A stretch of 64,000 nucleotides of DNA from Octopus sinensis (GCF_006345805.1 NC_043022.1:14384001-14448000); one strand, 5' to 3'; positions 13,381 through 26,350 are shown, counted from the stretch's first letter. Numbers and translations are program-made. Notes: generated by a model not told the origin, from the sequence alone.

Positions 13381-13623
13381 TTACATTATTTACATTTGAT
13401 GGATATTTGTCCTCATCATGTTTGTTGTTAACACAATGTTTCAGCTGATATACCCTCCAGCCTTCATCAGGTGTCTTGGGGAAATTTCAAACCTGGGTTC
13501 TCATTCCTAAGGTATTTTTCGATGTTATTATTATTATTATTATTATTCAGGTCACTGCCTGGAATCAAATATGGCGTAGTGGTTAAGAGCACGGGCAACT
13601 AACCCCAAGATTCCAGGCAGTGA

Positions 13624-13661
<38 letters not shown>

Positions 13662-13830
13662 TCGAAAAATACCTTAAGAATGAGAACCGAGGTTCGAAAT
13701 TTCCCCAAGACACCTGATGAAGGCTGGAGAGTATATCAGCCGAAACATTGTGTTAACAACAAACAAGATGAGGACAAATATCCATCAAATGTAAATAATG
13801 TACATAATTCGTCATCTCTTAAAAATAGAA
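13381..13830. mobile_element. Inverted head-to-head pair of tRNA-headed, hammerhead-bearing elements (family H1)
   Basis: ~190 bp arms; HHR motifs at 13430-13475 (-) and 13709-13754 (+); A box TGGCGTAGTGG at 13572-13582. Confidence 0.75.
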
Positions 13831-13844
13831 CGGTATTCATCATC

Positions 13845-14226
13845 ATCATCATCATCATTTAGCGTCCGCTTTCCATGCTAGCATGGGTTGGACAGTTCAA
13901 CTGGGGTCTGTGAAGCCGGAAGGCTGCACCAGACTCCAGTCTGATCTGGCAATGTTTCTACGGCTGGATGCCCTTCCTAACACCAACCACTCCGAGAGTG
14001 CAGTGGGCGCTTTTTACGTGCCACCGGCACGGGGGCCAGGCGAGGCTGGCAAACGGCCACGGACGGATGGTGCTCTTTACGTGCCACCGGCACGGGGGCC
14101 AGGCGAGGCTGGCAAACGGCCACGGACGGATGGTGCTCTTTACGTGCCACCGGCACGGGGGCCAGGCGAGGCTGGCAAACGGCCACGGACGGATGGTGCT
14201 TTTTACGTGCCACCGGCACGGGGGCC
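13845..14226 (-). mobile_element. RTE 3' UTR fragment with 61 bp tandem expansion
   Basis: About 4 near-identical units; explains ORF 13883-14470 reading into the last exon. Confidence 0.85.
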
Positions 14227-14344
14227 AGCTATTAATATATATATATTCCCGTTAACCCTGACAGTTAAAGAACAGTTTGTGTCTGTTTCAAGAAAAACCA
14301 ATCAATTTAAAAGCATTAAATGTCTTTTATTATTGTCTTTTCAG

Positions 14345-14470
14345 GTGCAACAGGAGGGGAAGCTGTTGACCGTGTTTTCTTCATCAAGATATTGTGGTGG
14401 CTCCAACGAAGCCGCCTGCGTCTTGGCAGATAATTCCAAATTAAGACTAATTCGACTGGACACCAGTTGA
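14345..14470 (+). CDS. PPP phosphatase terminal coding exon
   Basis: TCTTTTCAG acceptor; VQQEGKLLTVFSSSRYCGGSNEAACVLADNSKLRLIRLDTS then TGA at 14468-14470. Confidence 0.95.
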   Translation: MQQEGKLLTVFSSSRYCGGSNEAACVLADNSKLRLIRLDTS

Positions 14471-15216
14471 GCGTTGACCCTTCCAGCTCAGTGACAACTA
14501 GTTTTAATGCTCCCTGCAGCTACCTGACCCCTAACCTCTTGTCTGCTCTCCGACAGCGTCACCAGTTCAATCCCCACCCCCAGTCCAGCCTCTCATAGCC
14601 CCTACATTCTGAACCTACACAACACGAGTTCAATTCCCATCATCTCCAATATCTCATACCCACCAACATTATAAACCTACCCAACATGAGTTCAATCCCT
14701 ACCATTTCTAGCCTCTCATACCCCTACATTCTAAACCCACTCAACACCAGATCAATTCCCACTGTCTCCAACATTTCATACCCTAACCCCAAACCTGTCC
14801 AACATGAGTTCAATTCCCACCATTTCCAGCCTCACCAACATTATAAACCTAACCAGCATGAGTTCAGTTCCTAGTCTTTCCAACCCCTTAAACCCCAAAC
14901 AATCTGGACCCTCTCAACACCAAATATGTCTTGAGCAGCTAAACAGAGAAAATAGCCCCAGATGTATTTCTCTGCGTCCCCATCAACATCCAACACCAAC
15001 ACGGTAGGGTGTACAGACTTCACCCAAGTCACCGGCCAGCATTGTATGTCCCTGTCTCCTTATATCTATTCCAAACAGACATGTCTGCCTCTCCATCCAT
15101 GCCACACTCCTGCCACTAAGTTCTTCATTCACAGAAAGCAAAATCATATTTTAAAAAGTTTGTATAAAATATTGGCAAATATTTTTTTCTATGAAAGATA
15201 GCAAATTTTTCTCTAA

Positions 15217-15222
15217 AATAAA
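15217..15222 (+). promoter_or_regulatory. Candidate polyadenylation signal
   Basis: AATAAA about 750 nt after the stop, followed by TG-rich sequence; motif only. Confidence 0.35.
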
Positions 15223-15302
15223 ACTTGATAAATAGAGGTGTGTGTGTGTGATATATATTGATGTATCTGTGTGCGTGCATACATGTATATGTATGTTTTT
15301 AA

Positions 15303-15337
<35 letters not shown>

Positions 15338-15502
15338 CATATATATCAGGGCTGAGCCAAAACAAAAATCTTCGACTCCAACTCCGACTCCTCTACAATT
15401 GGCACCTTTGACTCTGACTCCTCTAAGTAATTAAGTGATTGTGGTCTGTTTTACTGACTCCAATCCCTGCCTCCCCTTAATCGTTTCCAACTCCACAGCC
15501 CT

Positions 15503-16162
15503 AATATATATATACACATACATGTGTATGTATATATATATATATGTGTGTATAGTATGTATATATGTGTATGTATATATGTATATACATGTATGTGTGT
15601 GTGTATAGTATGTATACATATATACATGTATGTGTATATATGTGTGTGTGTGTATACATATATACATGTATGTATATGTGTGTATGTATATTTGTATATA
15701 CATGTATGTGTGTATATATGTGTGTGTGTGTATAGTATGTATACATATATACATGTATGTGTGTGTATAGTGTGTATACATATATACATCTATGTGTGTG
15801 TGTGTATAGTGTGTATACATATATACATGTATGTGTATGTGTGTATAGTGTGTATACATATATACATGTATGTGTGTGTGTGTATAGTGTGTATACATAT
15901 ATACATGTATGTGTGTGTGTGTATAGTGTGTATACATATATACATGTATGTGTGTGTGTGTATAGTGTGTATACATATATACATGTATGTGTATAGTGTG
16001 TATACATATATACATGTATGTGTGTGTGTGTATAGTGTGTATACATATATACATGTATGTGTGTGTGTGTATAGTGTGTATACATATATACATGTATGTG
16101 TATGTGTGTATGTATATATGTATATACATGTATGTGTGTATATATATGTGTGTGTGTGTGTG
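15503..16162 (+). repeat. (TA/TG) compound minisatellite
   Basis: Recurring TATAGTGTGTATACATATATACATGTATGTGTG unit. Confidence 0.95.
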
Positions 16163-16777
16163 GAGCAGCTTGCCTTTCAGCCTTGCTATATTCAAAATGT
16201 GCCCATCTTCCAGGATTCTCTTTCATACTTTCATTCCTTACCATTTATTCAGAACAGTAAAGTGTTTAAAAGCCATCATCATCATCATCAACATTTCTAG
16301 ACTTTCACAATCTTAGCTTCAAGCTGAAGTGATGTTGGCATAGTGTTAGACATGAGCACCATAGCTTTTAAATAAACTCCCAGTCATCCCAGGTGGAGGC
16401 CTTACCTGTTACATCAAAATGCACCTGCTGTCTCTCACTTTCTTCTCTCTCCCTAATTAGCTTGTAAAATATTCTACTGTTATAAGCCAAAAAGTATTAT
16501 CTCTATAAATATCTCATTGATTTCTCAAATATATATTTTATATATGTGTATATATATATATATATATATTACCTTTTTTTTGCTATCCTAAGTGCTTACA
16601 ACGCCTAATGTGATTTGTGTGTGTGTGTATGTTTGTACACACACACACACACACACACACAAGTATTCATAAATTATATTTATGTCTGTCTCTCTATATC
16701 TATGTATGTGTATCTGTCTTTCATCTATCTATCTATCTGTACACATACATACATACACACACACATATATATATATA

Positions 16778-17005
16778 CTATATTTAAAAGCAGCAGAAAA
16801 TTCAACAAAACCTGTCACTCTCAGTTTCACGTTCCCGTTCGTCGGACAGATTCTAGCAAAAACTGTCCGACGAACAGGAACACGAAACTCAGAGTAACAG
16901 GTTTTGTTGAATTTTCTGCTGCTTTTAATTAAAGCATATTACTCTACCACTGGTATTTGAGTACTCTTTTTTCCACCTTGTTTCACATTTATGTGTTTAC
17001 TCCGG
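16778..17005. mobile_element. Palindromic twin-hammerhead element (family H2), copy 1
   Basis: ~65 bp inverted arms; CCGACGA..GAAAC..GTN motifs at 16812-16849 (-) and 16863-16900 (+), both partly decayed; (TA)n flanks. Confidence 0.75.
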
Positions 17006-17598
17006 TATATATATATATATTTACTGTTAAATATATATTCGGTCATACAGTGGCCAATGGTTTCACATTCATAAAGCGCTCGGCTTTATAGATGACTCAT
17101 CGTGTGAAACCATTGGTTGCTTTATGACTTGATATTCATTTAACTTCATACAAATTACATTACTGCTCAAACCTTTAGAGTATGCTTCTTTTTCAGATAT
17201 ATAATCCGATGATATATATATATATATTAGTCATAAAATACAGTGTACATTTAAACACTTGTGGGATTCAACACGCTAGAAAGAACAGCTAGGTTCTATA
17301 ACCACAAAAATTAGGGATTAAATTCGACAGGAACAAAATGAAAAAATAAAAACATTTTACCATCTAGTTTCCTGGACCAATTGGTTTCTGATTTTAGTTT
17401 AGCAATTTTGTGGTAATGGAACCTAGCTGTTCTTTCTAGCATGTTGAATCCCGCGAGTGGATTCCTTCTGTGCTAAAATATACACAGTATCTTATGACTA
17501 ATACATAGTCTTTCGGACTAAATTTTTACACGTTAGACCACTGGAAATGGAAATTTTAATTAATTTCCATTTCCCTTTCATATGCTTATATATATATA

Positions 17599-17902
17599 CT
17601 AGCAGTATCGCCCGGCGTTGCTCGGGTTTCTAAGGGAAATAACTATATAAGCATTTTAGAGAGTTACTTCCCTTATATAAACTGAGCAAAAAATGCATTA
17701 AAAATGCGGAAAAAATGATGGTAAATTTTTTTTAAATTGTAGACTCATCGTAGACGCGCGCTAATACCCAGAAGGGCTCGATATGAATCATGACTATAAG
17801 ATACCCGCTTTTGGTTAAACTGCACTGCAAAATGTGGGAGTAGTTAGGAATCTAAATCGGAGTAGACAGACATACACACAACTTCAGTTTTATATATAAA
17901 GA
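17599..17902 (-). mobile_element. Non-autonomous Helitron
   Basis: Minus strand reads A|TC ... CCCGAGC AAC GCCGGG hairpin ... CTAG|T. Confidence 0.8.
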
Positions 17903-18224
17903 TATACATATATATACACATATTCATACACTTAATATTTTTCTCTGGAACTTAAAACCAGCAAAAGGAACCTATCAAAAGTTTTTCAAAATCTGAATTA
18001 CCGCAAAATCATATGCATACCCATGTTTCCGTGTTGTGTTTAATCCCTCAAATCAAGGCTCCAGGGTTTACTGCATGGGGTACAATACTCGCTTTGAGCA
18101 ATCTTACTAGAGGGTCCTTGCACCTCTTAAGTTAATAACAATAATAATAATAATTATAATAAGTTTGTGGATATCATCAACCTGTTGAGTTATCAGGAAA
18201 ATTCTGAGTATTTTTATCTCCTGA

Positions 18225-18860
18225 ATGGAAATAAAACAAATACGTTTGTGTTACAGTAATTTTTATTCATCAAAATAACCCTCCATTTTTGTTAACGACT
18301 TCAGTCCATCTGTTTGGTAACTTTTAAAATTCCATCCACATAGAACTGGGCTGTCTTGGAGGATAACAGTGTTGTCCACATGGTTTTTGATTGCATCTAA
18401 ATCTTTAACAGATTTCCGGAATTTTTTCAAGGAATTTTGCAGGGACTTAAAGAAATGAGAAAAGTGATGGTGTAATGTCGGAGAGGATACAGTTAATAAA
18501 AGTTCCCACTCTGGTTCCTCCTGCAACTTTGTGCTGGCAATCAAAGACAGACATGGGGTGGTGTTGTAATGTTGGAACACGAGCCATTTCCTGCTGAATT
18601 AGTCCTGGCCTCGTCTGGTGTATCTTTGAATTTCTTCAGCTGGTGTCAGTACACATCAGAATTGATAATCTGATTGTGTGGGAGGAGATCGTAACAAATA
18701 ATGCCTTTGAAATCCCACCAGAGATAAAAGCATAACTGTTTTTTGTACAAGTATTTCGCTTTGGTAGCTGTTTCGCTCCATTCTCACCCAAATTCCTTCG
18801 GTTGTTTCCACACCATATTTTTGTAAATATACCATTTCTCATCTCAAGCCACTAATCACT
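18225..18860 (-). mobile_element. Highly decayed mariner transposase fragment
   Basis: FQHYNTTP (HDNARPH-like), WELL, HFFKSLQNSL resemble the mariner C-terminus. Confidence 0.55.
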
Positions 18861-20766
18861 TTAAAAATGGTTTAGTTTCATTGCATTTTAAGAGCATGTC
18901 CTTGCACAGGGGCCATGCTGGTCTTTTCTGTATCACCACCACATGACAAACTGGTCCATGCATTTTTTTTTCAATGACACCTTGTGAGGGATCCACACAT
19001 CAGTGTGGGGAAATGTACCCAAGTTTTCTTACCTGTTCATGAACGGTACTTTTGGCAACTTCCAACATTTTACTTACAAACTCCCTAACCATGCGTTTGG
19101 GGCTGGTTCAACATTTACCTTCAAACGTTCATCATTCAACTTTGAAGGTCTCCCAGAGCAACCTGCATCTTCTAAGCCCCTCTTCCGATTCACGACCTTT
19201 TGTGTACTTTAATATTCAGCTTTGCCCTTAAGGTGGTGAGCTGGCAGAAACGTTAGCTCACCAGGCGCGATACTTTGCGGTATTTCATGTCTTCATGTTC
19301 TGGAGTTCAAATTCTGCCAAGGTCGATTTTGCCTTTCATCTTTTCAGGGTCGATCAACTGGCCCCTTTCCCCAAAATTTCAGGTTTTGTGCCTAGAGTAG
19401 AAAAGATTATTTTACTTGGGAACAAGGCAGCAAGCAGGCAGAATTGTTAGCACACTGGACGAAATGCTCAGCGGTATTTCGCCTGCTGTTACATTCTGAG
19501 TTCAAATTCCGCCAAGGTCGACTTTGGCTTTCATCCTTTCAGGGTTGGTTGATAAATTAAGTACCAGTTACGCATTGGGGTCGATATAATCGACTTAATT
19601 CATTTGTCTGTCCTTATTTGTCCTCTCTGTGTTTAGCCCCTTGTGGGCAGTAAAGAAATAGGTATTTCGCCTGCTGTTACATTCTGAGTTCAAATTGCAC
19701 CAAGGTCGACTTTGCCTTTCATCCTTTCAGAATTGATAAATTAAGTACCAGTTACGCACTGAATCGATATAAGCGACTTAATTTATTTGTCTGCCCTTGT
19801 TTGTCCTCTCTGTGTTTAGCCCCTTGTGGGTAGTAAAGAAATAGGTATTTCATCTGTCTTTACATTCTGAGTTCAAATTCCGCCTTTAATCTTTTCGGGG
19901 TCAATAAATTAAGTACTAGTTATGTACTGAGGTCGATCTAACCGATTGGCCCACCCCTCCCCAAAAATTTCGGGCCTTGTGCCTAGAGTAGAAAATAACA
20001 TTTCAACACATGAGTTCATATCAAGAATCCCGCAAACCAAAAGCATAAACAAACTCTATGTTTTAGAGTTATGAGCCTTTCAAACCTAATTCTTTAACTT
20101 ACCAATCAAAGAATATGAAAATCTTTAACGGTGACCTTTAGTATGGAATTCCTGGATTGTTCCCCAGTTGCTTCCTGGTATCCATCATTGTTGCAAATTA
20201 AATTAATGTTTCAATATTTCATTACCAATCTGTTTTGGGGGGGGGGTTTCTTCTTCTTTTTTTTAACAAAAGACAAAAAAACAAAAGAAAATGACCGTTC
20301 TTGCCTTGTTTTAGATTTCCATTTTTGTTTGTTTTTTGGGGGTTTTTTTCCATTTCCAGTAACGAAAATAAAGTGTAAGGCTTTTTTTTTTTTTTTTACT
20401 TCATTCTCCTTCGTGTAGCAAAAAAAAGAAATAAATATTTCTCTGTTCCATCATTGTCGAAAACAAATCCCTGACACCCAACACAACAAATTATACACAA
20501 CCAATAGAAGAACCGTCATCTCCCTTGAAATCCGTTTATATTTTCTATAAGCTTTATCATCATCATTATCATCATCATCACCATCGCTGCTCTGCCTTCT
20601 TCATTCCATCAAAAACGTTTGAAATATCTGTTGCTATTATTATTATTATTATTATTATTATAACGTGCTGCCATGATCGACATTCACTAAAAAGAACTTC
20701 AAATTACCAATTCTTGTTTTGTTGTTTTTTGGGGTTTTTTTCTTTTTGCATTACACTCTCTCTCTC

Positions 20767-20969
20767 TCTTTTACTCTTTTACTTGTTTCAGTCATTTGAC
20801 TGCGGCCATGCTGGAGCACCGCCTTTAATCGAGCAACTCGACCCTGGGACTTATTCTTTTTGTAAGCCCAGTACTTATTCTATCGGTCTCTTTTTGCCGA
20901 ACCGCTAAGTGACGGGGACGTAAACACATCAGCATCGGTTGTCAAGCAATGCTAGGGGGACAAACACAG

Positions 20970-21026
<57 letters not shown>

Positions 21027-21193
21027 TACGACAGGCTTCTTTCAGTTTCCGTCTGCCAAATCCACTCACAAGGCATTGGTCGGCCCGAGGCTATAGCAGA
21101 AGACACTTGCCCAAGATGCCACGCAGTGGGACTGAACCCGGAACCATGTGGTTGGTTAGCAAGCTACTTACCACACAGCCACTCCTGTGCCTA
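20767..21193 (-). mobile_element. SINE family A, full length
   Basis: Reverse complement of the 46534 copy with an expanded internal (TA)n. Confidence 0.9.
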
Positions 21194-21289
21194 TATAACT
21201 TTTTTTTTTTTGTGATCCAACCATCACATTCTTGGTTTACCCCTAGGTCTCCTATTCGTTGGCTCAGCTTGACGAATCTGTTTTAAATA

Positions 21290-22045
21290 ATAATGAAATT
21301 ATTGTATACAGTGCTCAGGTGCAGCACAACTTGTCAAAAGTGCGTATAAAAGCATATGCAGTAATGTACAAATGTCTGGGAAGTGAACAGTGTATGAGTC
21401 AGATACATGCTTATGTGTGTATGGAGGGGAAGAGAAGATCAGGTGTAGTGTTGGCGAATCTCTCAGGAAGCATGGAAGTTTTGAAGGATGCAGTGCTCCG
21501 ACAACTAACAACTGATGCCGGCAGTTTGTTCCATGCTTCAGCGTGTGTATGGAGGGGAAGAGAAGATCAGGTGTAGTGTTGGCGAATCTCAGGAAGCATG
21601 GAAGTTTTGAAGGATGCAGTGCTCCGACAACTAACAACTGATGCCGGCAGTTTGTTCCATGCTTCAGCGTGTGTATGGAGGGGAAGAGAAGATCAGGTGT
21701 AGTGTTGGCGAATCTCAGGAAGCATGGAAGTTTTGAAGGATGCAGTGCTCCGACAACTAACAACTGATGCCGGCAGTTTGTTCCATACTTCAGCAACTCT
21801 TAGTGGGAAAAAAAAAATGTTTCTGAAAGTCATGGAAGGAGCTAATCTGTTTTCTGACTTTGTAAACATGTCCATGGGTGGTAGACGGGTGTTGTTTGAA
21901 AAGGTGCTCAGAGATATTGTTTGTAAGATGGTTAATAACTTTATGGGTGTCTGCCAAGTCAGCTGCCAGACGTCGGAGTTTGAATGTGTCCATGGCCAGG
22001 CAAGTAAGGCGTTCAGAATATAGCAAATGCCTGATGGAGGGTGTT
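21290..22045 (-). mobile_element. CR1-like LINE 3' end with internal triplication
   Basis: Same protein as the 12190 copy; three 126-128 bp tandem units at 21415-21793. Confidence 0.85.
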
Positions 22046-22554
22046 CTCTTGTGTTGTGATTCTGTCCCGCAAAGCTCTTATCACGTATCCATAATACCGG
22101 AATTGTGACCTCTAAATGCTGAATACATAGGAGTGGCTGACACCGAAAAGAAAGACTCCCTGACCTCTGAGTTATGTAAGTCTGCCGAGTAACGTTACAC
22201 AGGAAATCCGTCCAGTAATTTAAACTTTAAGCTGCTCTACAAATGACCAGCATTAAGAAATCCATCCGTATTTTCGTTTGTGTGTTGTAATGGTATCCGT
22301 TGATATTAAACCCAGGCTCGAGTGTCACACAGAGTGTATTTAGAAAACTGATGAACACGAGAGGTTGTTTCACATTAACACAAGGAGGTTATTAATGATA
22401 TATTGCGAGTTACATAATCATGACTTATAATCAAATCATCAGAGACGTATGTATGTATGTATTTTACGGCGATGTACTTGCATAGCAAGTGACCTGATCT
22501 GAGATCGTGTGCTGGAACGAAAACAATTGCAGTGTGGAAGGTGTTTATAAGCCA

Positions 22555-22927
22555 CTAGCAGTATCGCCCGGCGTTGCTCAGGTTTGTAAGGGAAATAACT
22601 ATAAAGCATTTTTAGAGAGTTATAGCAAAAAAATGGAAAAAAAATGATGGTAAATTTTTTTTTAGAGTTAAAAAAGGTGGAGTTGCGTCCCCTAGACGGT
22701 CTGTGGTTTGGGTTTTTGATTCTCGACCCTATGTCGAATTTATCGATTTTTTTCAGAACTGGGGGAACTTTTCAAAATTTTCGCTGCGTTAGTTTTGAAT
22801 TATGACATTGGGCTATGTGTGTGTCAAGTTTCATCAGAATTGGTTGAAAGCCGTGGTCAGAGTGAGGGTACGAGAAAACAGACACACAGAAAACGCACAG
22901 ACAAACTGCCGTTTATATAGAGAGAGA
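22555..22927 (-). mobile_element. Non-autonomous Helitron
   Basis: Same 3' hairpin + CTAG and 5' TC; inserted at an A|T site. Confidence 0.8.
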
Positions 22928-23045
22928 TTTAAGAAACACACAAAAACCGTTAGATTCACTTCAACATTTAAATTTAATTTGTCAAAATATTTTCGTCGCT
23001 TTGAGACCATGACCTGTTCACTGACAAAATTCTGTGCTGCATAAT

Positions 23046-23131
<86 letters not shown>

Positions 23132-23270
23132 GTGTGTGTGTGTGTGGTGTGTGTGTGTGTGTATGTATGTGTGTGTAAGGATAAGATCGTTAATTTAAAT
23201 ATCGCAAGTGGTCAGCATGGAAATAAAAACATTCAAAGGTAATAATCATTATTAAAATTATAATTTAGGG

Positions 23271-23455
23271 CAGTGGTTTTCAACCAGGGTTCCGCGGAAC
23301 CTTAGGGTTACAAAAATGCTAAAATCGGCAGTAATTTTTAATTCTCCTGTGCAGATATGTGTGCATAAGACTATTAAATTATTGCACAGGGGTTCCTCGA
23401 GCCAGTGGAATGTTTCCTTGGGGTTCCGCTCCAGTAAAAAGGTTGAAAAGCACTG
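23271..23455. mobile_element. hAT (Charlie-like) MITE
   Basis: 15 bp TIR CAGTGGTTTTCAACC; 8 bp TSD ATTTAGGG on both sides. Confidence 0.9.
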
Positions 23456-23638
23456 ATTTAGGGTATCTAAGAGATACCACCACGCTGAAAATAGCAGCCA
23501 AAACTTGACACTATAACCACATTAAATGTGGCTTAAGAGTCAAGTGTATTATATATATATTTATATATATATATATTTACTCTGCAATGTATTGAGTACC
23601 TTATTTACTGTGGTTAACCCCGACTCAACCCGGGACCT

Positions 23639-23692
<54 letters not shown>

Positions 23693-23968
23693 ACACACAC
23701 AAATATATATAGAAGCTCAATTGTGTATTTACCTGTGCGCGCAAGAGACAGAGAGAGAGAGAGAGATCAAAAGAAAAAAAGAGGGATTGAACACATTTTG
23801 TAAGAATTATCTAAGTTGTGACTTCTTCATGAAACTTGCGCAGTGCTGAGTCAAACTGTTATTTTATACACACACATTCTTACCTACCTACATATTTTTT
23901 CTCATACATATTTGTATGCAGACGTGTGTCTTTACCATTCTGTCGCTTTCTCCCAATTCCAATTCAAT

Positions 23969-24006
<38 letters not shown>

Positions 24007-24243
24007 TCTATCTCTGTATCTCGGTATCAATGAATCTAGCTTTCTCTTTTTATTTTTCATATCCCACCCTTATAAAGAAGTTCGCAACATATTTTAATAG
24101 TAACGAATAAATAATAAAAAGTACAACCAAAAAGAAGAAAAAAAAAAACCCCAAAAAATCTCAAAAATACGTTTGTAGGAAAACACACTCACACATACAT
24201 AGACGTATACACAAACACACATAAAAAGTAAACACACACACAA

Positions 24244-24274
<31 letters not shown>

Positions 24275-24358
24275 AATATATATATATATATACACACACA
24301 CACATATATATATATACACACACACAAATATGTATATATATATACACACACACAACAA

Positions 24359-24393
<35 letters not shown>

Positions 24394-24505
24394 AATATAT
24401 ATATATACGCACACACACATAGACACAATTCCCTCTCCCATACACACACTCATAAAAAGTAAGCTCACACACACAAAATATATATATATATACACACACA
24501 CACAA

Positions 24506-24536
<31 letters not shown>

Positions 24537-24568
24537 ACAAATATATATATACACACACACACACACAA

Positions 24569-24603
<35 letters not shown>

Positions 24604-24604
24604 A

Positions 24605-24637
<33 letters not shown>

Positions 24638-24983
24638 AATATATATATATACGCACACACACATAGACACAATTCCCTCTCCCATACACACACTCATAAA
24701 AAGTAAGCTCACACACACAAATATATATATACACACACATATAGACACACAATTCCCTCTCCCATACACACACACACACACATTAAAAGTCACTCACCCA
24801 CCCGTCCCTCCACTTTCCATGTTCCTCAATAAATCTTCCTCGACAGAGTTTCATTCAGTCTAATTAATCTAATTAGAAAACAAAATAACAATCAAATGAG
24901 CAAAGCTTAACAAACATTAAAAAAAAAAAGCGGCAAATAGTACAGACCCCCCTCCTCCACCTCCACTCTCTGCTTTTTAATAA

Positions 24984-25014
<31 letters not shown>

Positions 25015-25199
25015 GTGTGTGTTTAGCTTTTATCTACCAGCTACTGACTCTTTTTCTCTCTCTTTCTCTTATTGCCACTCTCTCCCTCTCTCTCTCTCTT
25101 TCAACAGATTAAAAGATATTCTCAAAACGTAAATGAGAATTTATCTCAATGCACACACACACAATATTTATACATACACACATACGTATATATGCTTGT

Positions 25200-25650
<451 letters not shown>

Positions 25651-25680
25651 TGTCTAAGTACCTATCAATCCGTATATCTA

Positions 25681-26350
25681 CAGGGTGTAACAGGTAAATT
25701 GGGACAAATTCCAAATGGATATATTTCTAATTTGTATAAATTTTGTTTGAATCTAAATTTTAAATACTACCAACTTGAGTAAACTCTTGTACCATTTTGA
25801 ATTTCAGATTGAACGAACTATGAATGTTAATTAAAGAATTAAATCGCAGATGTGTAATTGCCGAATTATTTCCACGCCGGCAAAAGTGCTGGGTAGATTG
25901 TAAGCGTTACAAAGTATGCCAAATCTACAGTTTTTACAGTTGTAGCCAATTTGAAGAAAACTCAGGATGTTCAAAGGAGGCCTGACAGTCCTCATAGAGA
26001 CCAAAAACGCACACCTCGCTTCTTAAGAGGACTTGAAAGATCGATTGAGTTGAACCCATCAAAATCGATGGCAAAGTTGGCTCAGGACCGAGGAATCCAG
26101 TAAAACGACAGTTTCTACGGCTGTGAGACAAGACCTCCGTATGAAATCGTACCTGAGAAGACACCGTAACATCCTAAACTACCTGCTCCAAAGTCATTCA
26201 AGCTGAAAGAAGTCCCAAAACTTTTTAATCATCTGAAACATCGTGGCGGAGCCGTCTGCATCTTCGTAGATGAAAAGAAGTTCGTGATAGACGAATCTGC
26301 AAGCTGTCGAAACTCACGAAAGATAGCGTACGACCCTTCCCAAGTTCTTT
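25681..26350 (+). mobile_element. Truncated Tc1/mariner transposon (maT-like)
   Basis: TA|CAGGGTG start; frameshifted NPSKSMAKLAQD..SKTTV..DLRMKSY..IFVDEKKFVID..RNSR. Confidence 0.75.

Noticed and set aside
13883-14470. 195 aa ORF as a single-exon gene
   Set aside because: Antisense RTE UTR repeats read by chance into the real last exon, which has its own acceptor at 14344.
15431-16300. Y/T/H/I and C/V ORFs here and at 24-25 kb, 39-41 kb and 50-57 kb
   Set aside because: Dinucleotide and tetranucleotide repeat translations.
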